In this document: one piece after another, positions 11,622-27,600 of the stretch
Layout: the number at the start of each line of letters is the position of its first letter
Numbering within the stretch: the first letter of the stretch is position 1
Assembly (NCBI GenBank): GCA_030141605.1
Contig: JAQGDQ010000035.1
Span: 124,001-188,000 of the forward strand
Origin: Tubiluchus corallicola
Taxonomy: Eukaryota; Animalia; Priapulida
Length of the DNA stretch: 64,000 nt
Direction: 5' to 3'
The notes under the pieces: generated by a model
What the model was told of the DNA's origin: nothing
Seen by the model: the letters and a program-made list of their open reading frames with translations, nothing else
Databases searched by the model: none
Made by a program: the position numbers and the translations under genes

Positions 11622-12039
11622 TCTAATATTAGAAACCGCTACGACAATGTAAACTCTGTTGATTTAACTCACTTCTTTGAGCACCAAAATTGTTACATAA
11701 TATGTCACGAAATTTTGCAACTTTTATGCAGACATACTAATTAGTATGAAGTGAATGTCGTATAGTGAAGTGCATAAATGGTGTGACATCAGTTCTGCGA
11801 ATAGACATTTTGCTTATAAATTTACCATTGTGTTCTTTAACAAATTTTAAGTGTTACCTCGTATGCATAACACTGTTTTTAATGCTGTAACCTTGAGTAG
11901 GAAATGCGCGTGAAGTGACATTTGGACTAAAATCACTAATGTATCGATTGTGGCATTTGTTCTTCATGTATACATGAAATTTGATTTAGTCAATAAACTA
12001 CATACATACATAAGAGTTGAACTTTGGACTGTCTTGATC

Positions 12040-12120
12040 ACCAAGGTGCCTGCGTCTAAGACAAGTCACATGCGTTGTAAGCAGAAGGTCCCTGTTTCAA
12101 ATCGAGGCTGTACTCCATCC
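12040..12120 (+). mobile_element. tRNA-derived SINE head
   Basis: GTAAGCAGAAGGTCCCTGTTTCAAATC is shared with the copies at ~17540-17600 and ~60560-60625; B-box-like. Confidence 0.45.
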
Positions 12121-13239
12121 TTTTCACTTTCTGTCTTTCAAGTTTCGTAACTAAATTTGAAGTAACTGATGGGTTTCTACCATTTACAGTAACCTTAACA
12201 TTAAGGTCGTAATATTTAATAAATTTTAAAGGAAAGCCTCAGGCTCTAAATTAACCAAAATGAAAAAAATAATTTAATTAAATAGATGATTCTAGTGTGA
12301 GCAATCAGAATATTGGAATTGCTGAATTTAGTTAGCGAGCTATACGGATGAACTTTGCGCAGCAAATTTAACTGCCTTAATTTTTTTTGGGGGGTGGGGG
12401 GGGGGGACCTACACGTTTGCATTCCGAGTATGAAGGTCTTGGGTTCAAATTCAAATTCAGTTTATTTCACCAGCAAACAAGCAAATTACTCCGACTTTTC
12501 ACATTTAAAGCGCTTATAAGTTTGGTCTCAAAATTTAATTAATTGTGAATTTGTAATACTATTACTGTTACTCTTGACATTAAGATTATTAACTGACAAG
12601 CGGATCCTTAAACACATAAAAACAAGAACTTAGAGCGTTATTTTTCGTATAAATAGAACGATATCGCATTTTAAAGACAAAGTTGTACTGTAATTTGAAG
12701 AGCGCTTATTGAAGATCTGTACAGTGGTCACGGTACATGTATCTTGTTCCGCTATACAGTACTGCGACACGGTTTGCGGGAAGCGGAACGGGTTGATCAT
12801 TACGACGTCTCCGAAAATATAACCAAGGCAAAAATCTTCAATTTTTTGATAGGTGTCAAAATCTCGCCGGCGGGCAAAGTTCACTATTTCGGTACATTCC
12901 AAATGCAAATAGGAATATTTACAACCAGACCCTATAGCAGTACGCATCGACTATGGATGACATGATTACTGTGTCTAAATTGTCTTGCAAAATCGTCCAC
13001 GCAAACAGAAAATTACACCTTCAAACAGTACTTTTACAGTATTAGCCGGGGCTGCAAAAATTACAAAGTCCGCAACCGTGTGGCTCGTATTCTTGCTGCA
13101 AATTTACCAAACTGCATATCTGTGGGTCTGTGATTGATACTACTTAATAAGAACGAAATTAAGATAGCCGTTCATTATTTTCTAATTACCTATGCAGAAC
13201 TGAATTTGCTGTATTAATAAAATAATTGAAACTCTAGAA

Positions 13240-18649
<5,410 letters not shown>

Positions 18650-18956
18650 ACGGTCCGTTGCGGCGACTTTTTCTCATAAGGCGCTTCACATTTTTTTCCT
18701 ATTGGAGCATGCAAATATTATTTTTGGAATGCAAATTAAATTATCTTTTCGCCACATTAAAAGCTGTGTTCTCCCAAAGCGTAGTTTTTTGAATGCTAAA
18801 GGTAACAATATTAGAAGAATCGGTAATAAAATTACTTGAATATGTATTTTAAAAAAGTGATTATGCAGCAAAAGTCTAATCAACATTACTAAAATGTCAT
18901 TGTGATAATGTTAATTATAAGTTAAGAAATGTCGTTACAGCTGTTATATATGCACA

Positions 18957-19280
18957 CAGGGCTGGATTATCCTACAGGCTCATATAGGCTGCAGCCTAGA
19001 GCCCCTCAAGCTTGGGAGTACCCACAAGCTTTGCTAACATCTAGTAAATATGTACTAATTAGTAAAACAGTGGAATTTCTTAAATGATACTTTATTGACA
19101 AACAAAATATAGCTATTCTAGTTTATTTAAAGAATTTTCAATAAGTTCACTTCAAGCTATATAAAAGTTGTTAATAAATATCTCGAGTAAAAAATATTCG
19201 ACACGCATGCGGGTGAGTTTTTTTGGGGTGGGGTTAATTTCATTAGCTTACTGGCCTAAAAAGGTCATAATCCAGCCCAG
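18957..19280. mobile_element. hAT-type MITE, copy 1
   Basis: TIRs CAGGGCTGGATTAT...ATAATCCAGCCCAG; flanks TATGCACA/CATGTACA match 6 of 8, consistent with a decayed 8-bp TSD. Confidence 0.75.
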
Positions 19281-19307
19281 CATGTACATTGTAATTATTC
19301 TGATACA

Positions 19308-19680
19308 CAGAGCCGAATTATGCTATAGGCTAATATAGGCTGCAGCTAGGGCCCCCTAATTCAAGCTCTCGGAGGCCCTCAAGCTTTCGTAACATTCTGT
19401 TTTTGATTACGGTTGTGTTGAAATATATGTTAATATGGTTTGCAATAAATAGTGAAATAATGGTGCTTCTTAAACATTACTTTTATTAACAAATAAAGAG
19501 TAGCTAGTCTATTTTATTAAAGAATTTGCAATAAGTTTACTTCAAGCTATGCAATTGTCGCTAAAATATATCAAGAGTAAAAATATTTAAGAGGGTGTAG
19601 GCTAATTAGAGAATGGCTCCGTTTGAGGGGCCCATAACGTCATTAACATAGGGGCTCACAAGGGCCTCAATCCGGCCCTG
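19308..19680. mobile_element. hAT-type MITE, copy 2
   Basis: CAGAGCCGAATTAT...AATCCGGCCCTG. Shares ATAGGCTGCAGC, CCCTCAAGCTT and AATAAGTT.ACTTCAAGCTAT with copy 1. Confidence 0.7.
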
Positions 19681-21495
19681 GTAGTAGACTGCATTTTTTA
19701 CAACAGTATTATTACATATTTAGTGTATATGATCAGTAAGTATAGCACTACTTTAACTTTCTTATTAAGTAACTTAATTAAACATTATGAGGCACAACTT
19801 TGTATGGAGCGTGATCGTTTAAAGTTAATGGATCCCGTGATGTTAAACTAAGCCGTAAGCATAAGATGCAACGTTTTTGATGAACAAATGACGATGAAGA
19901 TTAATTTATTTTAATATAAAATAAAAAATTCTAACATTAAAATGGTGGAAAAAGAAAATCTAGTTGAAAAAATACATGATATTTAAAGACTTACTGCTTT
20001 ATTGTATTTGTGTTTGAATTTTCGTCTTGTTTTTGTGGTCTCATTTGAAAATAACAAAATAAAGACGACGTTTAACATTTAATACAGGGAGAAAATTTAG
20101 AGATAGGCTAGATTGTAATAAAATGATGGCTTAACATAATTATTGCTATTAGGCCTACTGCACTGACGACTCATGCTGTCATGGCAACAAGGTGGCAACT
20201 ACAAGCGTAACCTGTTGTTACCGGAACCATGATACCCGTGAAATATTGCTGTCCGAAGTTTGGCAACAGTTGAATAAAGGAAAAAAACAAAAGAAGAGAT
20301 TACAGGAAGTAGTTTCTATATGATGAACGAGGATACGCCACTTTGCGGTATCAGAAGCAGTAAAGGCAACCGTTATTTTTTTCACTACACAACTGGTACT
20401 TGCACAGACTAAGCTTCTGTGGCGCACGCGGGAGTGACAAAGCGCGTTGAGTATAATCAGTACGATGCTGTCACTTTCTAGGAACCTCTTTTCAGTGCCA
20501 CAAAACTCGCAACTAATAAATTGTTTGCTCAAGCGATATAGCACCAAAATTTAACCACCACAGTCACTAAGACTCGAATTTTGATCGATCACTGATAATG
20601 CATGGTGTCATGTCAACAAGGTGCCAACTGCAAGCGCAACCGGCATTAGTTAGTTTTAAAAAATCATAGTTTTTTTCGTTTTTTCTTGCTGATATGATTC
20701 ATTTGTCTTACTTTGTTTTTGTGGTTTCCTTTACTCTTTATGGATTTCGGCTGTTGCCTGTGAGGCTGCGCGCATTTCTCTTCTTTTGCTTATATTTTTT
20801 TAGAATTTGTCTAATTTGATGCGATTTTTTAAAATATTTCGTACAAGTTCATTATAATTATTTTTTTGGAATCAAACAGTTATTCACATACTGTAGTTAG
20901 AGTCACCATCTAGTGTATTGTTTTTTAGTCTATTCTTTATGTATTTTTATTCAAGTTTTTTACTATTAATGACAAAGTCTTGGAGCATTTTGTTGATTTG
21001 AGGCTAATATATCAATTTACTTCTCCTGTTGGGTATAACAAAATGTTATTCGTCGGTTCAACTGGGTAACGGACAGGTGTGTTTAACATTTCAGCACCTG
21101 TTCCGTAGAACACAGAGAACTCTGGCAAGTTTATTCTATAAAAATAATCTATTTCTTTCGCTTCTCTAACATTGTTTTATAACATGAAATGAACTAGCGA
21201 ATCAGCACCATCCGCTCAACTTTGCAATACAATATAAATGTTGTTTTCAGATGGATAGACGGAAGGAGGAGGGGCGGACGGACAGACAGATAGACACTTT
21301 ATTTTAAACTTCTCATCCATAAAATACAATTATATAAAATATTAAAAGTTACCTATCAATATTTGCAAAGACAAATTATAAAGTTAAAATAAATAAATAA
21401 TTTAGCAATCTGGCATTAAATAGTAACCAAAACTTTTTTCTTCGCATGTAAACGGTATGTTGCACTGAGACTAAAACGAATTTTAACGTGACTCG

Positions 21496-21510
21496 CACTA
21501 GATGGCGCCA
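21496..21510 (+). promoter_or_regulatory. CTCF-like motif
   Basis: CACTAGATGGCGCCA closely matches the CTCF core consensus CCAC(C/T)AG(A/G)(T/G)GGCGC. Confidence 0.5.
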
Positions 21511-22391
21511 CGCACGTAGATTTCGCAAACAGCGCTTACTCAGCAACAGTCTGTAAATTCTTGCTGTTGGCGTGCTTTGTTCTTTGTGTTTACTTTTCAA
21601 TAACGAGACTAGAAATGCCAAAAATTTAATTTTAAAAACAAAATCAAATTTTAATATCTTATCACATTTATATCGTGACGTTTGTGAGGCCATAACTACA
21701 CGGCAACATTTATTTCGTCAATGATTAATGGTTTATTGAACTGTTCAACGGAAACTACGCAGCGCAATCCTGCACAGCCTCACGAACGCACAGCGAACAC
21801 AGCTGTTTATTGTTCGAATCAGCTGACTGTGTTGTTGCTGGGCAAATCATTTGAGGCTGAGGAAGCTTAGCGAATTGCGCAGTGATAGAAATCTTATCAA
21901 TACGAAGAAGATGTAGTGACATGTTTTTCCTTGTGCGGAATTAAATATTGGGTAAGCTGAAAATTATTTCTCTTAGTGAAGAAAGCACTATTTGGTTGTA
22001 AATTTGAGACATTGGTGAGTGTTGTGCAATTGTGTGTGTATTACTGCGAAATCGTGATTCATTTAGTCGTATGGGTCTTTTAAAACTTAACAGGAATCAT
22101 TGTATTAGGTAATAGATATAGAGATCGAGAAATAAGGTTCAATAGTAAAATTTTGCATAATTAGAGTATATTATACGCGCTTTATCCTGATATTGTTTAT
22201 TAGTTGTTATAAATCTTCTCGTTAAGAAGTTTCTTCGTATTTAAACGTGATGTATGTATACATACATCGCGTTCCATGTATCATAATAATCAATGAAAAT
22301 TTTCATCAGCGTTGATTTGAAAATGTTTGGAAGCTACCTGTAAGAAAACGTAACGTTGAATGTCATTGTACTCACAAATGTGTAATTTTAT

Positions 22392-22436
22392 TTCTTATAG
22401 AAGCTTTCACCTAGCGGGCTTCATCAGTTGAAGAAT
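22392..22436 (-). ncRNA. Minimal type I hammerhead ribozyme motif (intact core, weakened helix I)
   Basis: Minus strand CUGAUGA-A-GCC-cgcua-GGU-GAAA-GC-UU. Confidence 0.6.
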
Positions 22437-22518
22437 TACAAATACAAATTAATGTTAAAAACAGTATATACCATCCTTGTTTCACGCTGGTATATACTGT
22501 TCTCAACATTTTGTTTGT

Positions 22519-22568
22519 AATTTTTCAGCTGCTGAAGCCCACTAGGGTGAAAGCTTCTGTAATAAATT
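22519..22568 (+). ncRNA. Minimal type I hammerhead ribozyme motif (core variant CUGCUGA)
   Basis: uuuuuCAG-CUGCUGA-A-GCCC-acua-GGGU-GAAA-GC-UU-CUGuaauaaa. Helix I is CAG/CUG, helix II is 4 bp, and a palindromic AGCU replaces helix III. Confidence 0.55.
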
Positions 22569-22982
22569 AAATAATAATGAGACTAGAATAGCATTCAACG
22601 TTTTCTTATGTTGAAGTGGCAAGTACCAGGATAGCCCTTTCGTATTCTAAGAAAAAAGTTATATTCTTTTGACAAAGAGAACCGCTTCTTGAGTCTTTGT
22701 CAGACTAATACTCTTTAGCAAGGATTTCGAAATCGATTTACGTTACAGTTGCCAATCATTTAAGTTTGTTTTCCTGAAATAATTTGAACACGAAGTATTC
22801 TATTGTCTGCTGGTGTCACCATCAAAATGTGATCCAACATACTGTAAAATTTAAACTTTTACTTGTTATATGTGATTTTGGACAAACGTTTTTAAAAGAT
22901 GCACTTATTCCAGGTAAAAACCCATAAAATCAAGCACACACATACAATAAAAAGTACTACGTATTTAGAATAGCTACCATGT

Positions 22983-22984
22983 CA

Positions 22985-23074
<90 letters not shown>

Positions 23075-23086
23075 CACACACACACA
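22983..23086. repeat. (CA)n/(CGCA)n compound microsatellite
   Basis: Direct inspection. Confidence 0.97.
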
Positions 23087-23995
23087 TAAATACTACAATA
23101 ATAAAATTATTTACAGATAAAAAATTTGGCAAAATCCACGTACAAGATTAAAGATTTAAAATTAATAGATATTTTTTGTATATAGCTGATTCATCCAAAA
23201 TTGATAAATTTTAGATAATAAGAAGCAATCACTGTTAAAAGTTTCATTTATCAAACTGTTACGACTACTAAAAAGACGCATCTTTAGACTGTAAATATTT
23301 TTCCGTAAAATAACGTCAAAATAAGGCAATTAGTTAAAGAAAATGACTGGAATCAGCAGTAGGACTATCGACTTTGTGTATCAAACAAGCTGGCACTGTA
23401 TGGCAAAAACATAAACAGTGTAAGAAATGAACTGCATGGCGTTCTCTAATGAACACGGGATACCATAGCGATCCGAATCTTTAAATTTTGGTCTTATTTA
23501 TTCGTTAGCCATAATTTCGGATAACGCGTCACAGGCCTAAATAACTTCTAGAGTTCTGTGGTGACTTGAAAGTTAAATTCAGGATAAATTTGAGATTGAC
23601 AAAACGAAGTTTGTTTGTACGTGGACATTGAATATAAACTTTACTTTGTGGAAGTGCTTTAAAATCGCTAGCTATAAAACATGTTCAAACACGCTGTTTG
23701 AATGTTCGTGTTACTGCTAAGTAGATGTTACAATTGATGTTTTATGTTTCTCCAAATGAAAGTCTAAAGTAGTGCTGCCTGGTAATTTCACTGTGACGCA
23801 TTTACAGCAGTTCCAGCTGGCTCTGAAACGATGAACCAAAAAAGTAAACACTTGAGTCCTGAACAAATGTTCAGTTTGAATACGGTGAACTTTTTATGAT
23901 GACAAAATACGTGTCGTTCACCTTGACTTCTCGAGTTAGTTGCGTTTATTAAAAACAAATCGAAACAGATGTGCAGTGTGCAGCTTCATTAGAGC

Positions 23996-24177
23996 CAGAG
24001 CTGGATTATCCTATAGTGTACTAGGCTGCAGCCTAGGCCCTCAAGCTTTGGTAACATTTGGTAAAAAATTTGTCTTTCGCTATGGTTGTGTTGAAATATG
24101 TGGTAATTTCGTTTGCAATAAGTAGTAAAATAATTTCGTTAGCCTTGGCGCCCCAAAAAGTCATAATCCGGGCCCTG
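23996..24177. mobile_element. hAT-type MITE, copy 3 (internally deleted)
   Basis: CAGAGCTGGATTATCCTA...TAGGCTGCAGCCTAGGCCCTCAAGCTTT...GTCATAATCCGGGCCCTG; same family as 18957 and 19308. Confidence 0.75.
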
Positions 24178-24439
24178 CACTGCAGTCCAATATCTATTAT
24201 TAGCTATTGTTGTTGTTTTTGGAATAATTATGTCGAAGTTAATGACAATGTATTAATGTAATTTATTAGATGTTTTTGCCAAAGTGCATTCATCGTAATG
24301 TGTCTAGGCTGGTATTGTAGCATTACAGGAAAATTCGCCTTTAAGGTCTTGGTGAGTTACAGTAAATCTGCAGTTATGACGTGCGCATAATCTTAATGGT
24401 CGCATCCAGGGTCCATGTAATAGAAACTGCTTACTCAGT

Positions 24440-24683
24440 GGGTTGCTAGGCAACCGATTGGCTTCTTTCAGTTTGTCATAGCTTTTGCGTGTTTAAGAAA
24501 AAACTTGTTTTGCTGTTGCCTGCTGGAGCATCGTGGCTGTTAATCTGAAGTTTCCGGGGGAAAGCGGAAGTTCTCTGACCGGAAGTTCCGGTTGGTGTGA
24601 CAGGTGACAGTTAGTCTTTAGGTTCGGCCGCGAGAAGAAGATACGTATAATTATTTGTCATCTTAAGCATGGTGAGGTAATCC
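24440..24683 (+). promoter_or_regulatory. Candidate promoter and first exon for the SLC16 locus
   Basis: RFX X-box-like GTTGCTAGGCAAC (24442-24454), reverse CCAAT (~24457), two ETS-type CGGAAGT sites (~24565, ~24580), local CpG enrichment, and a donor GAG|GTAATC at ~24677. Confidence 0.45.
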
Positions 24684-27600
24684 ATTGTTTTGAATAATTA
24701 TAATGATAGCTTTGGATAACTTAGGTTTACAACAAAGAGTTCCAAATTAAGCTAAGCCTCACAGTTATATCTGCTTATACATATTTTATACAATACGTTA
24801 TCCGCGACCAATTCATCAATTCATTACGTAAAACCGGCTGGAGACCTCAATTCCAGCAGGAATTCCAAAGAAGCCTCTGTACGTACATTGGATGTTCGCT
24901 AATCGTGATTTACATGAGAATATGTAAATTTCTGTTATAGAACATTTCAAAATTTCGCCAATATCATTTATATGTATAATTTGATTCAGTTTGATTCGTC
25001 GTACAAAACTCAGCGAAATGATTCGTGAGCGTGTCTTACGCTGAATTGGGCATGACGTGATTCACGTCTCTTTATTTTAGCTTTTCCTTTTCCACACTGC
25101 ATCTTCTAATTATAGGTTGCGTTTTTGCATACGTTTAGGAAATTATATGCTATAAAAATTATGCGTTTAGTGATTGACATTCTCACAATTACTAAGAATT
25201 GGAGACTGATAGCTTTACTTTTATTTCGAGCGATATGTAGTTTGCTTGTATGGCATTAAAACCAGTGTTCGCCAAGTTCCGAGTAACATCAAAAGGTAAT
25301 TGAAGTGTACTATGATAATCATATGTTTGATAATGAGGTAAAAGTTCGCATCAATATTAAAGCATTCATATTACACGTAGGCCTATTGTATTTGCTACTG
25401 ACTCGAAATATTTCGAATCTTGACAAAATTTATATGTCAAACGTTAATTTCCTTCTAAGTGAAAGACTGCATGTACATGCATATTAAATTGAGTTTACAA
25501 TATAATTTTTTGACCAAAGATTTTTAGATGTAGCATGTTTTTAGGCTCCGTAGTTTGCGCAATGTTGATTTTGTTTATTCGGAATAAAATGTGAATAACA
25601 TTCAATGTGTGCTTGAATGTCAGATAATCAGTATCAACAATTATTGCACATTTATTAAGTCAAATTATTAATGTTTGCCGGAACTGAAGAGGCGAAGGTA
25701 GTTTGTGGGTGCTTCATTACCGGAGTGCGGTCCGATCTTTGTAGTTGTAAGCGCTTGTAATAAACCCACGGCACGCTTTACGGGACAAAGCCTTTGCCTG
25801 ATTAACCGTTAATTCGTGTCAGTCTATTTATAGAATTTCTCCTTATCTGCAATGTGGTGTGTATTTGAGCTGAAATGGGTCGATAAGGTTTGCCGTAGCA
25901 GAAGGCAAGCGAGTGTTGATATTAGCATGAGAATTAAATTAATAGACCGTTCGTTGAACTGCCTACATTTGAATAATGTTCGTCGTCGCAGTGTAACCTA
26001 ACACCTCTATCCTACTGCGATTTTCCAGTAATTATTGAGACTTAGAGCATAAAAAAGTAGAATAATAACAAGCCCATACAAATTAATCACAAATTAACAT
26101 TATTTTTTTGTTTGGTCTTTCATAACAATGTATTCGAGCTTAATTACACATTGAAGCGGTTCATATAAAACGTTTGTTATGGCCGGCAAACTGTTTCAAT
26201 TTATATACCCTCAATAAACGTGAACTTTCTCACTTACGGCCTGGTCAAGATTTTGCTAACATCTATAGCCTAGAAAGAGCAGTTGTAACAAACAAACTGT
26301 TTCAGTACATCGTAAAAATAGCGTTTAGTGATGTTAGTAACAGGAAAGAAGCATTTGTGTGCAGGGATTGCGACAAATTGACAAGAGTTGTTTCAGTGCT
26401 CTAGTTTGGTTTCACTGCAAGTAAATTATCTCTCTGTAGGTGTGTTTCAATGTGCAAATTCGTCGTAGTATGAATAATGTCTCCCAATAATAGCTAACTG
26501 TCTCACTAAGTTGATTCATCGTCAAATTGACTCCCTTATTTTAGTATAAATCTTATGGGGGAACCGCCTTAATTTTAGTAAATGTTAGTTGTCTTAGTGT
26601 TATTAAATTCTGTTAGTGTGAACAAACTGTTTCATTGTGAGTAAACCGTATCAGTGTGTATCGTTTTCTCAGTATGAAGATGCGCGTATTCTTCATACAA
26701 TCGAAAAACGACGTGCTGACACCCCCCACACACACATTTTTTTTCAGTAAAACGTTTCAATGTGGATACGGCATAAACCAAATGTTTTTCGTGATGAAAG
26801 AATGCACTATAATTGCTTCTGTGTTTTGCGTTTGCTCAAATTCCACTGGTGCATTACTGGGAATGTGCTTTTTAATTTGGGCCAAGTGAATAATGTAAAA
26901 TGTATAATGATGTAAAAATTTCATATGATTCGGTTACTACGACTCGACTAAAACCGCAAGCAGCAAATCAGTCAGCTGCAATCTAACTATGTACGCGGAA
27001 CAAGAAGCCTGCTGGGCATTACAGCTCAATAAATAAATAATGCTAATGATTGTTTGAATCCCTAGTTGACCGATGGTCAAGTACTAGTGGGTGCGCATGC
27101 GTGAGTGGCAACTACCGGTCAGCAAGCACGTTCGAAACAAAATGATCGTCAGGCCCTGCTCGTGACTATCATTATCAGCTTCTCATCTCCGTGGCAACAA
27201 GTAGTGCAGCCAGCGCAGCGTGTTTGTTACCTACAAATGACCTGTGACGTTCTAAAACTCCTGTTTACAGAAGCTCGGATTTTGTAGAACATGAAAATGA
27301 ATCATTGTGTAATACTGTGCCTGCAAGCTTTGATATTTCATAGGAATTCAATCCCAACAATAATTCGCAATTTAGCCAGCTTTAAAGTCATTTAAAAAAC
27401 ATCTGTTTGTTTGAAAGCCCAGTGTTCTTGATTATAACGTTACTTTTTAATTTAATTTCATTCTGTACTTCTGTGCGACTTGTGTGAATTTGTACTTAGT
27501 ATTGTAGTTTGTATTTTGTAGCGTTGTTTGTATATTGTAGTGTAACTCGTATTTTACGTCTAGTCATTTTACTTCAGTTTCAGTCTGTTTTTAATGTTTG

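Larger units (their letters stand above)
22341..22608. repeat. ~265-bp imperfect palindrome containing two inverted hammerhead motifs (Penelope-like pLTR remnant)
   Basis: Arm pairs include AACGTTGAATG/CATTCAACGTT, AGAAGCTTTCACCTAG.GGGCTTCA.CAG/CTG.TGAAGCCC.CTAGGGTGAAAGCTTCT and AACAGTATATACCA/TGGTATATACTGTT around a 14-nt spacer. Confidence 0.85.

Noticed and set aside
24669-24677. ATG GTG AG as a coding first exon of the SLC16 genes
   Set aside because: Joining it to the nearest acceptors before either ATG (31188, 40087) gives in-frame stops.
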